DNA of 64,000 nucleotides from an uncultured Dehalococcoidia bacterium (GTDB lineage Bacteria > Chloroflexota > Dehalococcoidia > UBA2247 > RBG-13-53-26), in the NCBI GenBank assembly GCA_964423835.1, contig CAYRGJ010000006.1, positions 11,284 through 75,283 on the forward strand, in the 5' to 3' direction. A program made the position numbers and the translations under genes. The notes beneath the pieces were generated by a model, which saw nothing but the letters and a program-made list of their open reading frames with translations, did not search any database and was not told the origin of the DNA. Positions 62,774 through 64,000 of the stretch are shown piece by piece (the stretch's first letter is position 1; every line of letters starts with the position of its first letter).

Positions 62774-62979
62774 TGCGCCAGGAGGGTCAAACGGCCGGGG
62801 CGGGGACGATCCGCAGCAGCGCGGGGGCTCCCCGGCGGAGCCCAGGCTATCCATCAGGCGGTGAGGATCAGTACGCCCGTCGTGGCGGGACTGAACGGGC
62901 CGCCTTCCTGTCGCCCTTGTCCGGTGGACCATCCGGTCACCCTCCGGTGTAAGACTGGATCGAAAGGAGCAAAGCAGGC

Positions 62980-63465
62980 ATGGGCATCTTTCTTACGGGC
63001 AAGGAGCTTCTGGACACGGCTGTCAACATAGAGAAGGCGGGCGCGGCCTTCTACGAAACGATGGTCGGATGCGCCAGGAGCCCGAAGGCCCAGACCGCAT
63101 TCAAGTACCTCGCTGACCAGGAGAAGTCTCATATCGAGGCCTACCGGAAAATGCTCGGCTCGCTGACCGATTCCCCGCCGCCCGAGAGCTACACTGAGGA
63201 GTATGACCGGTACCTCAAGTCACTGGCCGACTCCGGCGTCTTCTCCAGCGAGAAGGAGGCCTGCAGCCTGGCGGAGAAGGCTGCCAGCGACGCTGAGGGC
63301 ATAGACCTCGGCATCCGGGCGGAGAAGGACTCCATCCTGTTCTATACCGAGCTGCAGAACCTGGTGCGGCGGGCGGACGCCAAGGTGGTCAGCAGCATAA
63401 TCGATGAGGAGCGGTCGCACCTGAAGCGGCTCTCCGAGCTCAAGGCGGGCCTGGCCAGGGGCTGA
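62980..63465 (+). CDS. Rubrerythrin/ferritin-like diiron-domain protein
   Basis: 161 aa; two ExxH motifs (EKSHIE, EERSHL) in a four-helix-like layout; AAGGAG RBS. Confidence 0.7.
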   Translation: MGIFLTGKELLDTAVNIEKAGAAFYETMVGCARSPKAQTAFKYLADQEKSHIEAYRKMLGSLTDSPPPESYTEEYDRYLKSLADSGVFSSEKEACSLAEKAASDAEGIDLGIRAEKDSILFYTELQNLVRRADAKVVSSIIDEERSHLKRLSELKAGLARG

Positions 63466-63519
63466 GGCCCGGGGCCCCGCCTCAGCATTAAGCACGCCTG
63501 ATCAATAAGGAGGGAAGAG

Positions 63520-64000
63520 ATGGCCTACTCTGCGAAAGACTACGGGAAACTCATAGGCATGACCGGTTTCAGCGAGACCCTGCTCAAGAACCACTTCACT
63601 CTCTACCAGGGCTATGTCACCAACACCAACAAGCTGCTGGACACGCTGGCGGCCATGGCCGCGGAGGGCAAGACCGGCACCCCGGAGTACGCGGAGCTCA
63701 AGCGGCGCCTGGGGTTCGAGTTCAACGGGATGAGGGTCCATGAGTACTACTTCGAGAACCTGGGCGGGAAAGCGGCCCCGGACAAGTCCGGGAAGCTGGG
63801 CCGGAAGCTGGCGGAGGAGTTCGGCAGCTGGGAGGCCTGGGAGAAGGACTTCAGGGGCACCGCCAGCATGAGAGGCATTGGCTGGGCCATCCTGTACCAG
63901 GATGTGGCCACCGGGCGCCTGATCAACCAGTGGATCAATGAGCACGAGACGGGGCACCTGGCCGGCGGCGCGCCGATACTGGTGCTGGACGTCTTCGAGC
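63520..64000 (+). CDS. Fe/Mn superoxide dismutase-family protein, 3' end truncated by the window
   Basis: Absent from the ORF track because there is no stop inside the window. ATG 63520 after AAGGAGG. Translates to MAYSAKDYGKLIGMTGFSETLLKNHFTLYQGYVTNTNKLL...GWAILY...LVLDVFE, with SOD-like H and D/H motif positions. Confidence 0.7.
   Translation, partial: MAYSAKDYGKLIGMTGFSETLLKNHFTLYQGYVTNTNKLLDTLAAMAAEGKTGTPEYAELKRRLGFEFNGMRVHEYYFENLGGKAAPDKSGKLGRKLAEEFGSWEAWEKDFRGTASMRGIGWAILYQDVATGRLINQWINEHETGHLAGGAPILVLDVFE

Noticed and set aside
1-64000. Mobile elements, prophage, toxin-antitoxin or defence systems
   Set aside because: I recognised no transposase, integrase, phage structural, restriction-modification or cas-like ORFs. 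The endonuclease-like modules in the PilB-like protein are fused to the ATPase and appear catalytically degenerate.

Overview
All calls below were made by eye from the sequence and the supplied ORF track. No searches or computations were run, and family names come from recalled motifs.

The window is high-GC bacterial DNA. Its gene content hints at a Chloroflexota/Dehalococcoidia-like lineage: a Dehalococcoides-type SOD-like gene, an orphan ACS, a TIGR03960-type radical SAM and a DUF362 gene. That placement is inference only.

**Left part, about 0.2-36 kb: accessory acyl-CoA metabolism**
- An AsnB-like enzyme, a VOC protein and a dodecin sit at the left edge.
- A roughly 18.7 kb run of 19 co-directional minus-strand genes follows. 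It encodes acyl-CoA dehydrogenases, SDRs, crotonases, MaoC hydratases, an acyl-CoA ligase, family I and III CoA-transferases, thiolase-fold/DUF35 pairs, an HMG-CoA-synthase-like/DUF35 fusion and a CrtI-like flavoenzyme.
- A MarR regulator gene comes next.
- Three enzyme subunits then appear without their usual partners: a divergent acyl-CoA mutase large subunit, an ADP-forming acyl-CoA synthetase alpha-like protein, and an N-terminally truncated acetyl-CoA synthase (A-cluster) homologue.
- Six copies of a 19-bp palindromic box (GAGTAT-ACG-ATACTC plus flanks) lie in the promoter regions of these units, including both sides of marR and directly upstream of the ACS-like gene. This suggests one MarR-controlled regulon.
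- A family of small Cys-containing paralogues (DUF6125/ATC-hydrolase-like) is scattered through the locus.

**Right part, about 36-64 kb: mostly housekeeping**
- tRNA-Met, then a roughly 1,370-aa repeat-rich surface protein, mnmG, an amidohydrolase, folC and a SWIM protein.
- A T4P/T2SS platform protein plus an unusually large (1,162 aa) PilB/GspE-type ATPase.
- A radical SAM gene, DUF362, mobB, a DUF255 thioredoxin-domain protein, a Cu P-type ATPase, dnaE and a rubrerythrin-like gene.
- A SOD-like gene truncated by the window end.

I recognised no transposase, integrase, CRISPR array or rRNA. Many long ORFs in the track are antisense shadows typical of GC-rich DNA.
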